DNA from: Malacoraja senta
Taxonomy: Eukaryota
Reading direction: 5' to 3'
Assembly: GCA_038087875.1 (NCBI GenBank)
Contig: CM075979.1
Location: 58,900,001 to 58,964,000 of the forward strand
Length of the DNA stretch: 64,000 nt
Below, piece by piece: positions 12,919 to 24,509 of this stretch. The stretch's first letter is position 1; each line of letters opens with the position of its first letter. The notes under the pieces are model-generated. The model was given only the letters and a program-made list of their open reading frames with translations. It ran no database searches and was not told where the DNA came from. The position numbers and the translations under genes are program-made.

Positions 12919-13480
12919 CATTATCTGTAATTGTCAGTTGGTTTGCAATTAAGCTGGGAATTTAGCAATAACACCAATTTCAAAGGTGATTTTAATTTAA
13001 TAAAAGGTTTCACAGTATTTCATTGCAAGGTTATGAAATGATGTTTAAAACTAAATTACATTAGGAAATATTAGTCTTGGTCAAATTTATAATTTCAGAG
13101 AAATAAATAGCGCTTGAAAATGACAAATTTATTTATGTTCTCTATTTCCTGTTGTTAATTAATTCTCAAACTGTGTTAAGTTTTTCGCGAACAAATTATG
13201 AACGCCAGTGTTGTGCGATAACTTCTTGCATTGCATTGAGTTTTCATTGAAATTTCCAATATACCTAATCCAAGAGAATTGCCAAACATTGCAAACTGTT
13301 CAGAATTTCTTTATTAAAATTAATATTGAAATCTCCAGCTGCAGTGTGGAGAAGGCATTGGGAAAGTAGTAGCAAATCAGGAGGATTGCAAATGGAGGGA
13401 AGGCTATGAAAAAGAAAGGAACCACTAAGATTTCTTTATCTCTGAAAGAAAAGACTGGAGAACATTGCATAAAATGGAAG

Positions 13481-13665
13481 GTACACAAAAATGCTGGAGA
13501 AACTCAGCGGGTGCAGCAGCATCTATGGAGCAAAGGAGATAGGCAATGTTTCGGGCCGAAACTTTGCCTATCACTTTCGCTCCATAGATGCTGCTGCACC
13601 TGCTGAGTTTCTCCAGCATTTTTGTGTACCTTCCATTTTCCAGCATCTGCAGTTCCCTCTAAAAC
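13481..13665. mobile_element. Palindromic Penelope pLTR insertion
   Basis: Two inverted pLTR arms meeting at TTTCGGGCCGAAA; 19-bp TSD ACATTGCATAAAATGGAAG at 13462-13480 and 13666-13684. Confidence 0.85.
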
Positions 13666-14314
13666 ACATTGCATAAAATGGAAGTAGGGGCAGATTAAAT
13701 TAGAGCTTTCAAAAGGAAATAATTTTCAGAGGGAGCGAGATTAAATGTATTGTCCTTATGTTATTCTTACTGCCAGTACAGACTCAACACGCCAAATGGT
13801 CTATTTCCTCATTCCATGAGTTAGTAGCAGAGAGAGGAAAGTAGGGAAGGTATTTTGTGGTGAAATTTAGCCTGAAGCTTGGGTGGTCAAGTTGGAATGT
13901 AAATAAGGTATGAGATGTGTGGAACAAGCTGAGTTGCTCCAAGCATGAAAAGATGCCAGTGGAAAATTAAAGAAGCAATGAGTAGGGCAGAAGGCAGTAA
14001 TGTGATTTCATGATAGAAGGCGCACTATCACCAAGACAGTCTAGGCTGGGTAAGAGGTAGTAACTTTAGCCAAGTAGGGAGATACATTTTGGGCAGGGGT
14101 CGGCAACCTTGTTCTGCATAGGGGCCGGGACACATGTCTGTGAGCGGATGGCGGGCCACAGACTTGCTCAAGGGGTGCGGTCCTGTCTGGGTGCGGCCCT
14201 GTTGAGGGAAGTGCCCTGTGAGAAAGGTGCGAGTCTTTTGCTGCGAGCCTTCGGCGAGGAGGCTGAGGGAGGACGTCACACCAAACACTGGAGAGGAAGA
14301 GATGAAAGAAGGAG

Positions 14315-15230
14315 ATGTCAAGCAAGCTGATTCAGTGTGATGCTTGCAGTATGTGGGAGGTCAAGGACACAGCTGGTGCCTCTGGCTGCTACAAATGTGA
14401 GAAGTGCATCCAGGTAGAGCTCCTGAAGGACCGTGTTGGGGAACTGGAGAAGCAAGTGGATGACCTCAGGTTCGTCCGAGAAACTGAGTCGTTCCTCGAC
14501 AAGTCCTACAGTAAGATTGTTACACCTAAGGTACTGGAAGAGAGAAGGTGGGTGACGGTGAGAAAGGGAAGGAAACATGGAATGCAAAGGTCCCCGGGTG
14601 TTACATCTTGAGAACAGGTTCACCTACTTAGAAGCTGTTGGGACAGATGGCGTTAACATACTGAGCGGCGGACTGGCTTGCGAAGCAAAAAATGCTGTTG
14701 AGCCAAAACCAAACAGGCCAACGTCAGGCAACGCCATGGTAGTTGGAGACTCCATTGTGAGAAGTACGGACAGAGGTTTCTGCGGCAACAGACGGGATTC
14801 GAGAATGGTGTGCTGCCTCCCTGGTGCCAGGATCCAGGATGTCATGGACAGAGTGTAAAAAATCCACAAGGGCGAAGGTGAACAGCCGGAAGTGGGAGAG
14901 CATGTTGGCACAAACGATGTCGGAAAGAAGGGGATGAATATTCTGAAGCGTGACTTTAGAGAGCTCGGAAAAGGGCTGAAAAGCAGGACTTCCAGGGTGG
15001 TTATCTCCGGTTTGCTTCCAGTTCCTCATGCTGGCGAGAGCAGGAACAGGGAGATACGGGACCTGAATGTGTGGCTGAGGAACTGGTGCAGGGGGCATGG
15101 ATTTAGATTCTTAGACCACTGGGATCTGTTTTGGGAACTGTACAAAAGGGATGGATTACACGTTAACAGGTGGGGGACCGGCATTCTGGCAGGCAGGTTT
15201 GCCAATGCTACACAGGTGGTTTTAAACTAA
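14315..15230 (+). pseudogene. CR1 ORF1 (Cys zinc finger + coiled coil + SGNH/GDSL esterase), frameshifted
   Basis: CDAC...CEKC; LKDRVGELEKQVDDL; SGNH blocks VVGDSIVR, LPGA, HVGTND, DGLH spread over ORFs 14315, 14577 and 14892. Confidence 0.88.
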
Positions 15231-15737
15231 ATAAGGGGGGGGGGGGGGATGTCAAATGGGATAATCAAGGACGGAGTTAAAGGGAAAGGGAGTAAAGGGA
15301 TAGTTAATGACCCCAGAATTAATGGGGAAGAAAGCTCACAAAGGGATAGGAGAGCATGGCCAAGTGTAATTGGGATCGATGTGAAAGGTGAGATGCGTAA
15401 GGAATTAAAAATATTGTATATGAATGCGCGAAGTATAAGAAGTAAAGTAGATGAGCTTGAGGCTCAGTTAGAGGTTGGTAGATATGACATTGTGGGGATT
15501 ACTGAGAAGTGGCTGCAGGAGGATCGGGCCTGGGAACTTAATATTCAAGGTTATACATCCTATAGCATGGACAGGCAGGTGGGCAGAGGAGGGGGGGTGT
15601 AGCTCTGCTGGTGAGGGATGGAATTCAGACCCTTGCATGGGAAGACATAGGGACTGACGAGGTGGAGTCACTGTGGATTGAGTTGAGGAATTGCAAAGGC
15701 AAGAAGACAGTAATTGGTGTTATCTACAGACCCCCAA

Positions 15738-16675
15738 GGGCATCGAAATGTCCTCATTCTTCAGGGAACGGGGGTTCCCCTCCCCTACTATAGATGAGGC
15801 TTGCACCAGGGTCTCTTCCATACCCTGTAACACTGCTCTCTCTCCCCATCCCCCCACTCGCAACAAGGGCAGAGTCCCCCTAGTCCTCACCTTTCACCCC
15901 ACTAGCCGTCACATACAACATATAGTCCTCCGTCAGTTTCGCCACCTCCAACGTGACCCCACCATTCGCCACATCTTCCCATCTCCTCCCCTGTCTGCCT
16001 TCCGCAAAGACCACTCCCTCCATAACTCCCTTGTCAATTCTTCCCTTCCCTCCCGCACCACCCCCTCCCCGGGCACTTTCCCTTGCAACCGCAAGAGATG
16101 CTACACTTGTCGCTTTACCCTCCCCCTCGTCTCCATTCAAGGACCCAAGCAGTCATTCCAGGTGCGACAGAGGTTCACCTGCATCTCCTCCAACCTCATC
16201 TATTGCATCCGCTGCTCTAGATGTCAGCTGATCTACATCTGTGAGACCAAGCCTAGGCTTGGCGATCATTTCGCCGAACACCTCCGCTCGATCCACATTA
16301 ACCAACCTGACCTCCCGGTGGCTCAGCACCAACTCCCCCTCCCATTCCATATCCGACCTCTCTGTCCTGGGCCTCCTCCATGGCCAGAGTGAGCACCACC
16401 GGAAATTGGAGGAACGGCACCTCATATTCCGCTTGGGGAGTCTGCATCCTGGTGTCATGAACATTGAATTCTCACAATTCTGTTAGCCCTTGCTGTCTCC
16501 TCCCCTTCCCAGCTCTCCCTTAGCCCTCGGGCTCCTCCTCCTCCTTTTTCATTTCTTCTCCCTGCCCCCTCCGACGCCCCATCAGTCTGAAGAAGGTTTC
16601 GGCCCGAAACGTTGCCTATTTCCTTCGCTCCATAGATGCTGCTGCACCCGCTGAGTTTCTCCAGCATTTTTGTGT
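15738..16675 (+). mobile_element. Penelope-like element 3' part (GIY-YIG endonuclease + pLTR with hammerhead motif)
   Basis: VPLVLTFHP, CNRKRCYTC, FTCISSNLIYCIRCSRCQLIYICET, FAEH; CTGAAGAAGGTTTCGGCCCGAAACGTT at ~16587; TSD ACCCCCAA at 15730-15737 / 16676-16683. Confidence 0.9.
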
Positions 16676-16977
16676 ACCCCCAAATAGTAGCCCGGATGTA
16701 GAGTGTAAGTTGCAGCAGGAGTTAAAACTGGCATGGAACAAAGGTAATGCCACTGTGGTGATGGGGGATTTCAATATGCAGGTAGACTGGGAAAATCAGG
16801 TTGGTTCAGGACCCAAGAAAGAGAGTTTGTAGAATGCCTCCGAGATGGATTCTTAGAGCAGCTTGTAATGGAGCCAACCAGAGAAAAGGCGATTCTGGAT
16901 TTAGTGTTGTCCAATGAACCAGATTTGATAAGAGAACTAGAGGTAAAGGAACCGCTTGGAGGTAGTGATTATAATAT

Positions 16978-17036
16978 TTCCTTTGCTCCATAGATGCTGC
17001 TGCACCCGCTGAGTTTCTCCAGCATTTTGTGTACCT
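16978..17036 (+). mobile_element. 59-bp Penelope pLTR fragment
   Basis: Matches the pLTR 3' part; 13-bp TSD GTGATTATAATAT at 16965-16977 / 17037-17049. Confidence 0.85.
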
Positions 17037-19236
17037 GTGATTATAATATGATTAGTTTTAATCTGCAATTTGAGAAGGAGAAGGTTAAATCGGAAGTGTC
17101 AGTGATGCATTTGAACAAAGGGGACTATGAAGGCATGAGGGAGGAGCTGGCCAAGGTAGACTGGAAATGGATCCTAGCTGGAATGATGGTGGAACAACAA
17201 TGGCAGGAATTTCTGGGCATAATCCGGAAGACGCAGGATCATTTCATTCCAAAAAGGAAGACAGATTCTAAGGGGAGTAGGAGGCAACTGTGGCTGACAA
17301 GAGAAGTTAGGGATAGAATAAAACTAAAAGAAAAGATGTATAAAACAGCAAAGAGTAGCCGGAAGCCAGAGGATTGGGAAACTTTCATAGGACAACAGAA
17401 GGAAACAAAACGGGCCATACGGGCTGAAAAGATGAAGTATGAGGGGAAGCTGGCCAGGAATATAAAGAAGGACAGTAAAAGCTTCTTTAGATATGTTAAG
17501 GGAAAAAGAATAGCAAATGTGGGTCCCTTGAAGGCAGACACGGGTGAAATTATTATGGGGAACAAGGAAATGGCAGAAGAGTTGAATAGGTACTTCGGAT
17601 CTGTCTTCACTAAGGAAGACACAAACAATCTCCTAGAAGTACTGGAGGACAGAGGATCTAAGGGGGTAGAGGAACTGAAAGAAATTTTCATTAGGCGAGA
17701 AATAGTATTGGGTAGGCTAATGGGACTGAAGGATGATAATTCCCCTGGGCCTGATGGTCTGCATCCCAGGGTCCTCAGGAAGGTGGCTCTAGAAATAGTG
17801 AACGCATTGGTGTTAATTTTCCAATGTTCAATAGATTCAGGATCAGTTCCTGTGGACTGTAGCTAATGTTATCCCACTTTTCAAGAAAGGAGCGAGAGAG
17901 AAAATGAGGAATTACAGACGTTAGCCTGACTTTGGTGGTGGGAAAGATGCTGGAGTCAATTATTAAAGAAGTAATAATGGCACATTTGGACAGCTGTAAA
18001 AGGATTGGTCCAAGTCAGCATGGATTTATGAAAGGTAAATCATGCTTGACTAATCTTCTGGAAGTTTTTGAGGATGTGACAAATAAAATGGATGAAGGGG
18101 AGTCAGTGGATGTAGTGTATCTGGACTTGCAGAAAGCCTTTGATAAGGTCCCGCATGGGAGACTGGTGACTAAAATTAGAGCACATGGTATTGGGTGTAG
18201 GGTGTTGACGTGGATAGAAAATTGGTTGGCAGACAAGAAGCAAAGAGTAGGAGTGAACGGGTCCTTTTCAGAATGGCAGGCAGTGGCAAGTGGAGTGCCG
18301 CAAGGTTCGGTGTTGGGGCCGCAATTGTTTACCATAAATATTAATGATTTGGAAGAGGGAATTAGGAGCAACATGAGCAAGTTTGCGGATGACACAAATC
18401 TGGGTGGCAGTGTGAACTGTGAAGAGGATGTTAGGAGGTTGCAGGGTGACCTGGACAGGTTGAGTGAGTCGGCAGATGCCTGGCAGTTGAAGTATAATAT
18501 AGATAAATGTGAGGTTATCCACTTTGGCGGCAAAAACAAGGGGGCAGATTATTATCTCAATGGGGTTATGTTAGGTAAGGGGGAGGTACAGCAAGACCCG
18601 GGTGTCCTTGTACACCAGTCACTGAAAGTTGGCGTGCAGGTACAGCAGGCAGTGAAGAAAGCTAATGGAATGTTGGCCTTCATAACAAGAGGATTTCATT
18701 ATAGGGGTAAAGAGGCTCTTCTGCAGTTGTATAGGGCTCTGGTAAGACCAAAATCTGGAATATTGGGTACAGTTTTGGTCTCCTAATTTGAGGAAGGACA
18801 TCCTTGTGATTGAGGCAGTGCAGCGTAGGTTCATGAGATTGATCCCTGGGATGGCGGGACTGTCATATGAGGAAAGATTGAAAAGACTGGGCTTGTATTC
18901 ACTGGAGTTTAGAAGGATGAGGGCTGATCTTATAGAAACATATAAAACTAGACTAAAAGTGGGACCCTTTGGGTCCCATGTTCACACGGGAGGGCTGGTC
19001 CCCCAACGCAATATTTCACCACCAATTCTAATATTGGTGGCCAGTGGGGGGGGGGGGGCTTTCTGGAGCGCTAGTATGGGTATTGTGGGCTGAAGGGACT
19101 GGTTTCCAGAGGGCTAGTATGGACTTTGTGGGCCAAATGAATTATTGGGGTGACAGCTCAGTCACTCAAGCCTGATGTGATGGCAGCTCACTCACGGCTG
19201 GTAGGAGAGCAGTTGACTCATGGCTATTCTATGAAA

Positions 19237-19745
19237 TTCCATTCCAAGCTGGGTGCAAGGCCACCAAATTCAAATGCAATTTCCTACCATTTCAAGCAGG
19301 GTGCAAGGCCACCAAATTCAAGTGCAGTTTCTTACCACTTCAATCAGGGTGCAAGGCCACCAAATTTAATTGTAGTTTCATACCACTTCAAGCAGGGTGC
19401 AAGGCCACCAAATTCAGGTGCAGTTTCCTACCACGTCAAGCAGGGTGCAAGGCCATCAAATTCAAGTGCAGTTTCCGACCACTTTAAGCAGGGTGCAAGG
19501 CCACCGAATTCAAGTGCAGTTTCATACCACTTCAAGCAGGGTGCAGGGCCACCATACTCAAGTGCAGGTTCATGCCACTTCAAGCAGGGTGCAAGGCCAC
19601 CAAATGCTAGTGCAGTTTAATGCCATTTCAAGCAGGGGACAAGGCCACCAAATTCAAATGCAGTTTCATACCATTTCATGCAGGGTGCAAGGCCACCACA
19701 TTCAAATGCACTTTCATACCATTTCAAGCAGGGTGAAACCACCAT
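19237..19745. repeat. 48-bp tandem minisatellite, ~10.5 copies, inside Helitron
   Basis: GGGTGCAAGGCCACCAAATTCAAGTGCAGTTTCATACCACTTCAAGCA recurs at 19251, 19299, 19347 ... 19731. Confidence 0.95.
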
Positions 19746-19789
19746 AAACCCACCATAAAATCCACACAAAACACAACATAAAAACCACT

Positions 19790-20122
19790 CACTGTTCAGT
19801 AGACATTCAGTGTGTACAGTTGATTCACAGCTCAGACAGAGTCGTGACCTCTCCCTCCCCCATCTTGCAGAGACTGAGCCACACCCACACTTCCGGGTTT
19901 TATAATCCCTCCCCCTCCCACCGGAAGGGGCGTGGCTTTCATGGCTTGATTGACAGGAGAGAGATTCTCAACATTTTTTTAAACACTAATAACACTTTTA
20001 TTTTTCATTGATGCGAAGAATCCTCTGCACCTGATGAGCGGAGGGGGACTAAGATGACCAAAAATCACAGCTGTAAGTGGTAGCGTTTTAGCTAAAATCA
20101 ATATACAGTGCAAACAGGAAGT
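19790..20122 (-). promoter_or_regulatory. Promoter-like module B (internal copy of the Helitron 5' region)
   Basis: GC box GGGGCGTGGC 19927-19936; minus-strand TATAAAA (19904-19898), CCCGGAAGTG ETS-like site, AAGATGG YY1-like site; paralogous to 21085-21380. Confidence 0.45.
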
Positions 20123-20126
20123 TGTG

Positions 20127-21052
20127 CAGTTACCACCACCAACAACCATTTGCATTGCACCATTTCAAAGCAGTTACCACCACCAACAACCATTTGCAGC
20201 GCAGCATTTCAAAGCAGTTACCACCACCAACAACCATTTGCAGCACAGCATTTCAAAGCAGTTACCACCACCAACAACCATTTGCAGCGCAGCATTTCAA
20301 AGCAGTTACCACCACCAACAACCATTTGCAGCGCAGCATTTCAAAGCAGTTACCACCACCAACAACCATTTGGAGCGCAGCATTTCAAAGCAGTTACCAC
20401 CACAAACAACCATTTGCAGCGCAGCATTTCAAAGCAGTTACCACCACCAACAACCATTTGCAGTGCTGCATTTCAAAGCAGTTACCACCACCAACAACTA
20501 TTTGCAGTGCAGCATTTCAAAGCAGTTACCACCTCCAACAACCATTTGCAGTGCAGCATTTCAAAACAGTTACCACCACCAACAACCATTTGCAGTGCAG
20601 CATTTCAAAGCAGTTACCACCACCAACAACCATTTGCAGTGCTGCATTTCAAAGCAGTTACCACCACCAACAACCATTTGCAGCGCAGCATTTCAAAGCA
20701 GTTACCACCACAAACAACCATTTGCAGCGCAGCATTTCAAAGCAGTTACCACCACCAACAACCATTTGCAGCGCAGCATTTCAAAGCAGTTACCACCACC
20801 AACAACTATTTGCAGTGCTGCATTTCAAACCAGTTACCACCACCAACAACCATTTGCAGTGCTGCATTTCAAAGCAGTTACCACCACCAACAACTATTTG
20901 CAGTGCAGCATTTCAAAGCAGTTACCACCTCCAACAACCATTTGCAATGCAGCATTTCAAAACAGTTACCACCACCAACAACCATTTGCAGTGCCGCATT
21001 TCAAAGCAGTTACCACCACCAACAACCATTTGCAGTGCAGCATTTCAAAGCA
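20127..21052. repeat. 44-bp tandem minisatellite, ~21 copies, inside Helitron
   Basis: Unit TTACCACCACCAACAACCATTTGCAGCGCAGCATTTCAAAGCAG. Confidence 0.97.
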
Positions 21053-21084
21053 ACCACATTTTCATTTTCAAACCACATTCAGGG

Positions 21085-21380
21085 CACTCATAGTTGAGTA
21101 GACATGTGTTCAGTGTTATTCACAGCTCAGAGAGACGTGACCTTCTCGCTTCCTCCATCTTGCAGAGACTGAGTGAGGCACAACACTTCCGGGTTTTATA
21201 GTCCCTCCTCCCTCCCACCAGCAGGGGCAGCAGAGAGAATGTCAACATTTTTAAAACATTAATAACTTTTATTTTTCATCGATGGGAAAAGTCCTGCGCA
21301 GCGGAGGGAGACTCTGAGTAAGATGGCCAAAGTGGCAGCGTTTTTTCAAAAATCATGAAGCAGAAAAACAGGAAGTGGTC
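21085..21380 (-). promoter_or_regulatory. Promoter-like module A (Helitron 5' region)
   Basis: Minus strand GGGAGGGAGGAGGGAC-TATAAAA-CCCGGAAGTG (TATA to ETS at 21200-21184) then CAAGATGG at ~21161. Confidence 0.45.
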
Positions 21381-22649
21381 AAGATCTTACTTTTAGTAAT
21401 ATAGATTATAAAAGGACTGGACAAGCTAGATGCAGGAAAAATGTTCCCAATGTTGGGCGAGACCAGAACCAGGGGCCACAGTCTTAGAATAAAGGGGAGG
21501 CCATTTAAGACTGAGGTGAGAAAAAACTTTTTCACCCAGAGAGTTGTGAATTTGTGGAATTCCCTGCCACAGAGGACAGTGGAGGCCAATTCACTGGATG
21601 GATTTAAGAGAGAGTTAGATAGAGCTCCAGGGGCTAGTGGAATCAAGGGATATGGGGAGAAGGCATGCACGGGTTATTGATTGGGGATGATCAGCCATGA
21701 TCACAATGAATGGCGGTGCTGGCTCGAAGGGCCGAATGGCCTCCTCCTGCACCTATTTTCTATGTTTCTACATATACACATGATCCCGCCACGGAAGGCA
21801 GGCATCAAATCACGTGTTCACATAGATCCTGTTCCTTCGAGGACACCACCCGGAGCACTGGACCCTGGTTAAGGGCGCTCATGAACATGGCGCACTTACA
21901 GACCATTGCCTTGGCTCTGTCATGAAGGCAGTGGTTCAAATACTCACACTCTCGTCCCTGGCCTATTGACAACCCGGATCCCGACACTGAAGCCCAGACA
22001 CAGAAGGTGCGCGGCTGTGCCGACGGCTTTGCGTAGGAGGTGGTATAGCCAGAGCTCGGCATTCGGCGGCTCCGTCATTGCGGCCGCCAGCCCAGGCCTC
22101 CTTGCGTCATTGCGTCACCGCGCCTGGGCCCCGCGACCTTGGGAGGTACTGGAGATGATGGAAGTCTGCGGGCCGGATAATTATTGGGAAAAAATACGCC
22201 TGTGGGCCAGATGATTTTGGGTTATGGGCCACATTCGGCCCGGGGGCCGTAGGTTGCTGATCCCTGATTTAGGGCTTCGTCGCCGAAATGCGAGAGCTCT
22301 CAGAATCACTAGGACTAGTTGTATAAAACAATAAAGTTCTCTATTTGGGGACAGAGCAACACGTAGTGATATTTGGCTTACATTCGACAAAGTGGCCAGA
22401 GATCTTTTAGTCCTTCAAAAGAAACATGAAACCAGCTATGAGCAGTGGGCCAACTGATGTATTGTGTGTGAAACCTCGGCCCCTCACACAATTCTATCTT
22501 GGACATATTCCAGGAATCATGTACAATGGCTTCAGCCTGTATTTTTGGTGTGTACAAGGACTTGCCTTCCTCTTGCTCCAATACCACGCTGACCATCAAT
22601 CACCCATTCACACCAGGTTTCTTTTATCTGATTTTTCGCCTCTGCTACC

Positions 22650-22856
22650 TACACATCGAGGGAAATTTACAGAGGTCAATTAATCTACAAACCTGCATAT
22701 TTGGGATGTGGGAGGAAACGGGACCATCCAAAGGCAACACAGGAGGTTACAGAGAAAACGTGCAAACTACACAAGGCAACCTCAAGGTAAATATCAAGCC
22801 CAGGTCTCTGGCACTGTGAGGCAGCAGCTCTACCAGCTGTGCCACTGTGCTGCCCT
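22650..22856 (-). mobile_element. tRNA-derived V-SINE-like copy (diverged)
   Basis: Reverse complement GGGCAGCACAGTGGCACAGCTGGTAGAGCTGCTGCCTCACAG head and GTTTCCTCCCACATCCCAAA V-domain. Confidence 0.75.
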
Positions 22857-22997
22857 ACTTTACACATGATAAATGTTATGACTGGTCAACTGCTGATGTG
22901 AAAAATACAGGAGTTGCTTTGAAAAAAGTGTTAGAGCTGCTGGATGATTTCAACAGGTCAGGCAGCATCTGTGGGGGAAATGATCAGTCCACTTTTC

Positions 22998-23438
22998 ATA
23001 AGGTCATAAGTGATAGGAGCAGAATTAGCCCATTTGGCCCAAGGCTGTTCAGCCATTCAATCATCCAAATCCCTCCAAATTCCATTCTCCTGCCTTATCC
23101 CCATAACCCCTGATACCAGTACTAATCAAGAATCTATCTATCACTGCCTTATATATATATATATATTGACTTGTACTCCACAGTCTTCTGTGGCAAAGAA
23201 TTCTACAGATTCACCACTCTCTGACTAAGGAAATTTCACCTCATCTCCTTCCGAAAGGTACGTCCTTTAATTCTGAAGCTATGACGTCTAGTCCTAGACT
23301 ATCCCACTAGTCGAAACATCCTCTCCACATCCACTCGATCCAATCCTTTCACTATTGGTAAGTTTCAATGAGGTATGCCCCTCATCCTTCTAAACTCCAG
23401 TGAGTACAGGCCCAGTGCTGTCAAACGCTCATCATATG
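22998..23438 (-). mobile_element. CR1 3' fragment inserted in a Penelope pLTR remnant
   Basis: YDERLTALGLYSLEFRRMRG; CATAAGGTCATAAG tail; pLTR halves at 22925-22995 and 23438-23462. Confidence 0.8.
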
Positions 23439-24509
23439 TTTTTAGGCTGAGACCCTTCAGTGGGGCTGAGAGAAAATATGATGAGCTTAATGTAAGATTC
23501 ACTACGGACATATAACGGTTTAGTGGTTTCTTATGACAATACAGATTTAGCAACAGGTACCAAATATAATATTGTTGAATTATAACTCATGATGACCAAT
23601 GATAACATGTAAAATCATACTAAGCGAATTCAAATCACATAGAACCTTCATAGCATGAATTTACTTTCTTCATTTCTGCGAAAGGTTTTTCTCAGAAAAT
23701 GCTGAGATAACAGGAACTATGTACTATGATGCCAGCACGTTGGATAAGTAATAATTAAATCCTCTTTCATACAGCTGCAGAGAGATAAAGCTTGCACACC
23801 CTGGATATGTCCTTTGTTTTGACGAGTGAGATAAGTGTTATTGGACATTGTGATGATCCTCCCACATTTAACATCTGCAAAAATAGGGATTCAGCAGAAG
23901 GCAGAGGAACATTGACCTAAACACATTGTGATTTTTGAAGAACCTAAACTGCTTGGACAGTGGTGGATCACTCACAGTGTGTGTAATATTACTGCAACAT
24001 TATAGAAAATATTTGCAAGTCGTGTAAGAATGCATGTACAAGTAAAGTCTACTCCATCCTGGAATGAACAGTATTGAACGCTTCGTTATATATGTTCCAA
24101 ACCAATTAAATCATGCATTATTATTATCTGTGAATAAAAAAGTTATATAATAGGGGCATTTAATTCTAGTATGGGCTGGTTAATCCAATAATCCATGTTA
24201 AATAAACCACAAACTCACATAAACCTCGCTCACTAGATGGATTATTGGGCTGGATCTAGAATTTTCACTTTTGCTTTCTCTCTCCTTTCTGTTAGCTCAT
24301 CTCAACAAATAATACCTTTGATTGGAGGTCAGTTTCCGAATGTACCAATTTAATTTCCACACTATTATCTCACTGGAGATATGTGTGTTAACAAAACAGT
24401 TGTGAGCCAGAATGTGTACACTTGAGGCCATTGAAATTATCATGTTATGGTTGCGGCAGTTTTTCACACATGGTAGCTGCAGGCATGGATATCTGCAGAT
24501 TAGAAGACT

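Larger units (their letters stand above)
18948..21405 (-). mobile_element. Composite non-autonomous Helitron
   Basis: Minus strand A|TCTATATTACTAAAAGT ... TGGGACCC-AAA-GGGTCCCA hairpin, 8 nt, CTAG|T; removing it rejoins the CR1 coding sequence ...ACATATAAAA|TTATAAAAGGACTGG with no TSD. Confidence 0.92.
15400..21680 (+). pseudogene. CR1 ORF2 (AP endonuclease + reverse transcriptase), disrupted
   Basis: YMNARSI, GITE, GVIYRPP, SPGPDGLHP, YLDLQKAFDKV, GVPQGSVLGP, KFADDT, C-terminal FFTQRVVNLWNSLP; stops, frameshifts and insertions. Confidence 0.92.
14161..21770 (+). mobile_element. Near full-length CR1 LINE, interrupted by three insertions
   Basis: 5'UTR, ORF1, ORF2 (APE+RT), and 3' tail GGGCCGAATGGCCTCCTCCTGCACCTATTTTCTATGTTTCTA. 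Confidence 0.93.
14094..22266. mobile_element. Non-autonomous hAT element split by a CR1 insertion (own sequence 14094-14160 plus ~21771-22266)
   Basis: TIRs CAGGGGTCGGCAACCT / AGGTTGCTGATCCCTG; 8-bp TSD ATTTTGGG (14086-14093) / ATTTAGGG (22267-22274), 1 mismatch. Confidence 0.8.

Noticed and set aside
19150-19747. 156-aa and 116-aa repetitive ORFs
   Set aside because: Translation of the 48-bp minisatellite.
19237-21052. CRISPR-like leader plus repeat arrays
   Set aside because: Units are contiguous with no unique spacers, there are no cas genes, and the context is eukaryotic.
20108-21101. Three overlapping ~325-aa ORFs
   Set aside because: Artefact of a 44-bp unit with no plus-strand stop; because 44 is not a multiple of 3, all frames cycle through the same 44-aa period. 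The promoter-like modules face the other strand.
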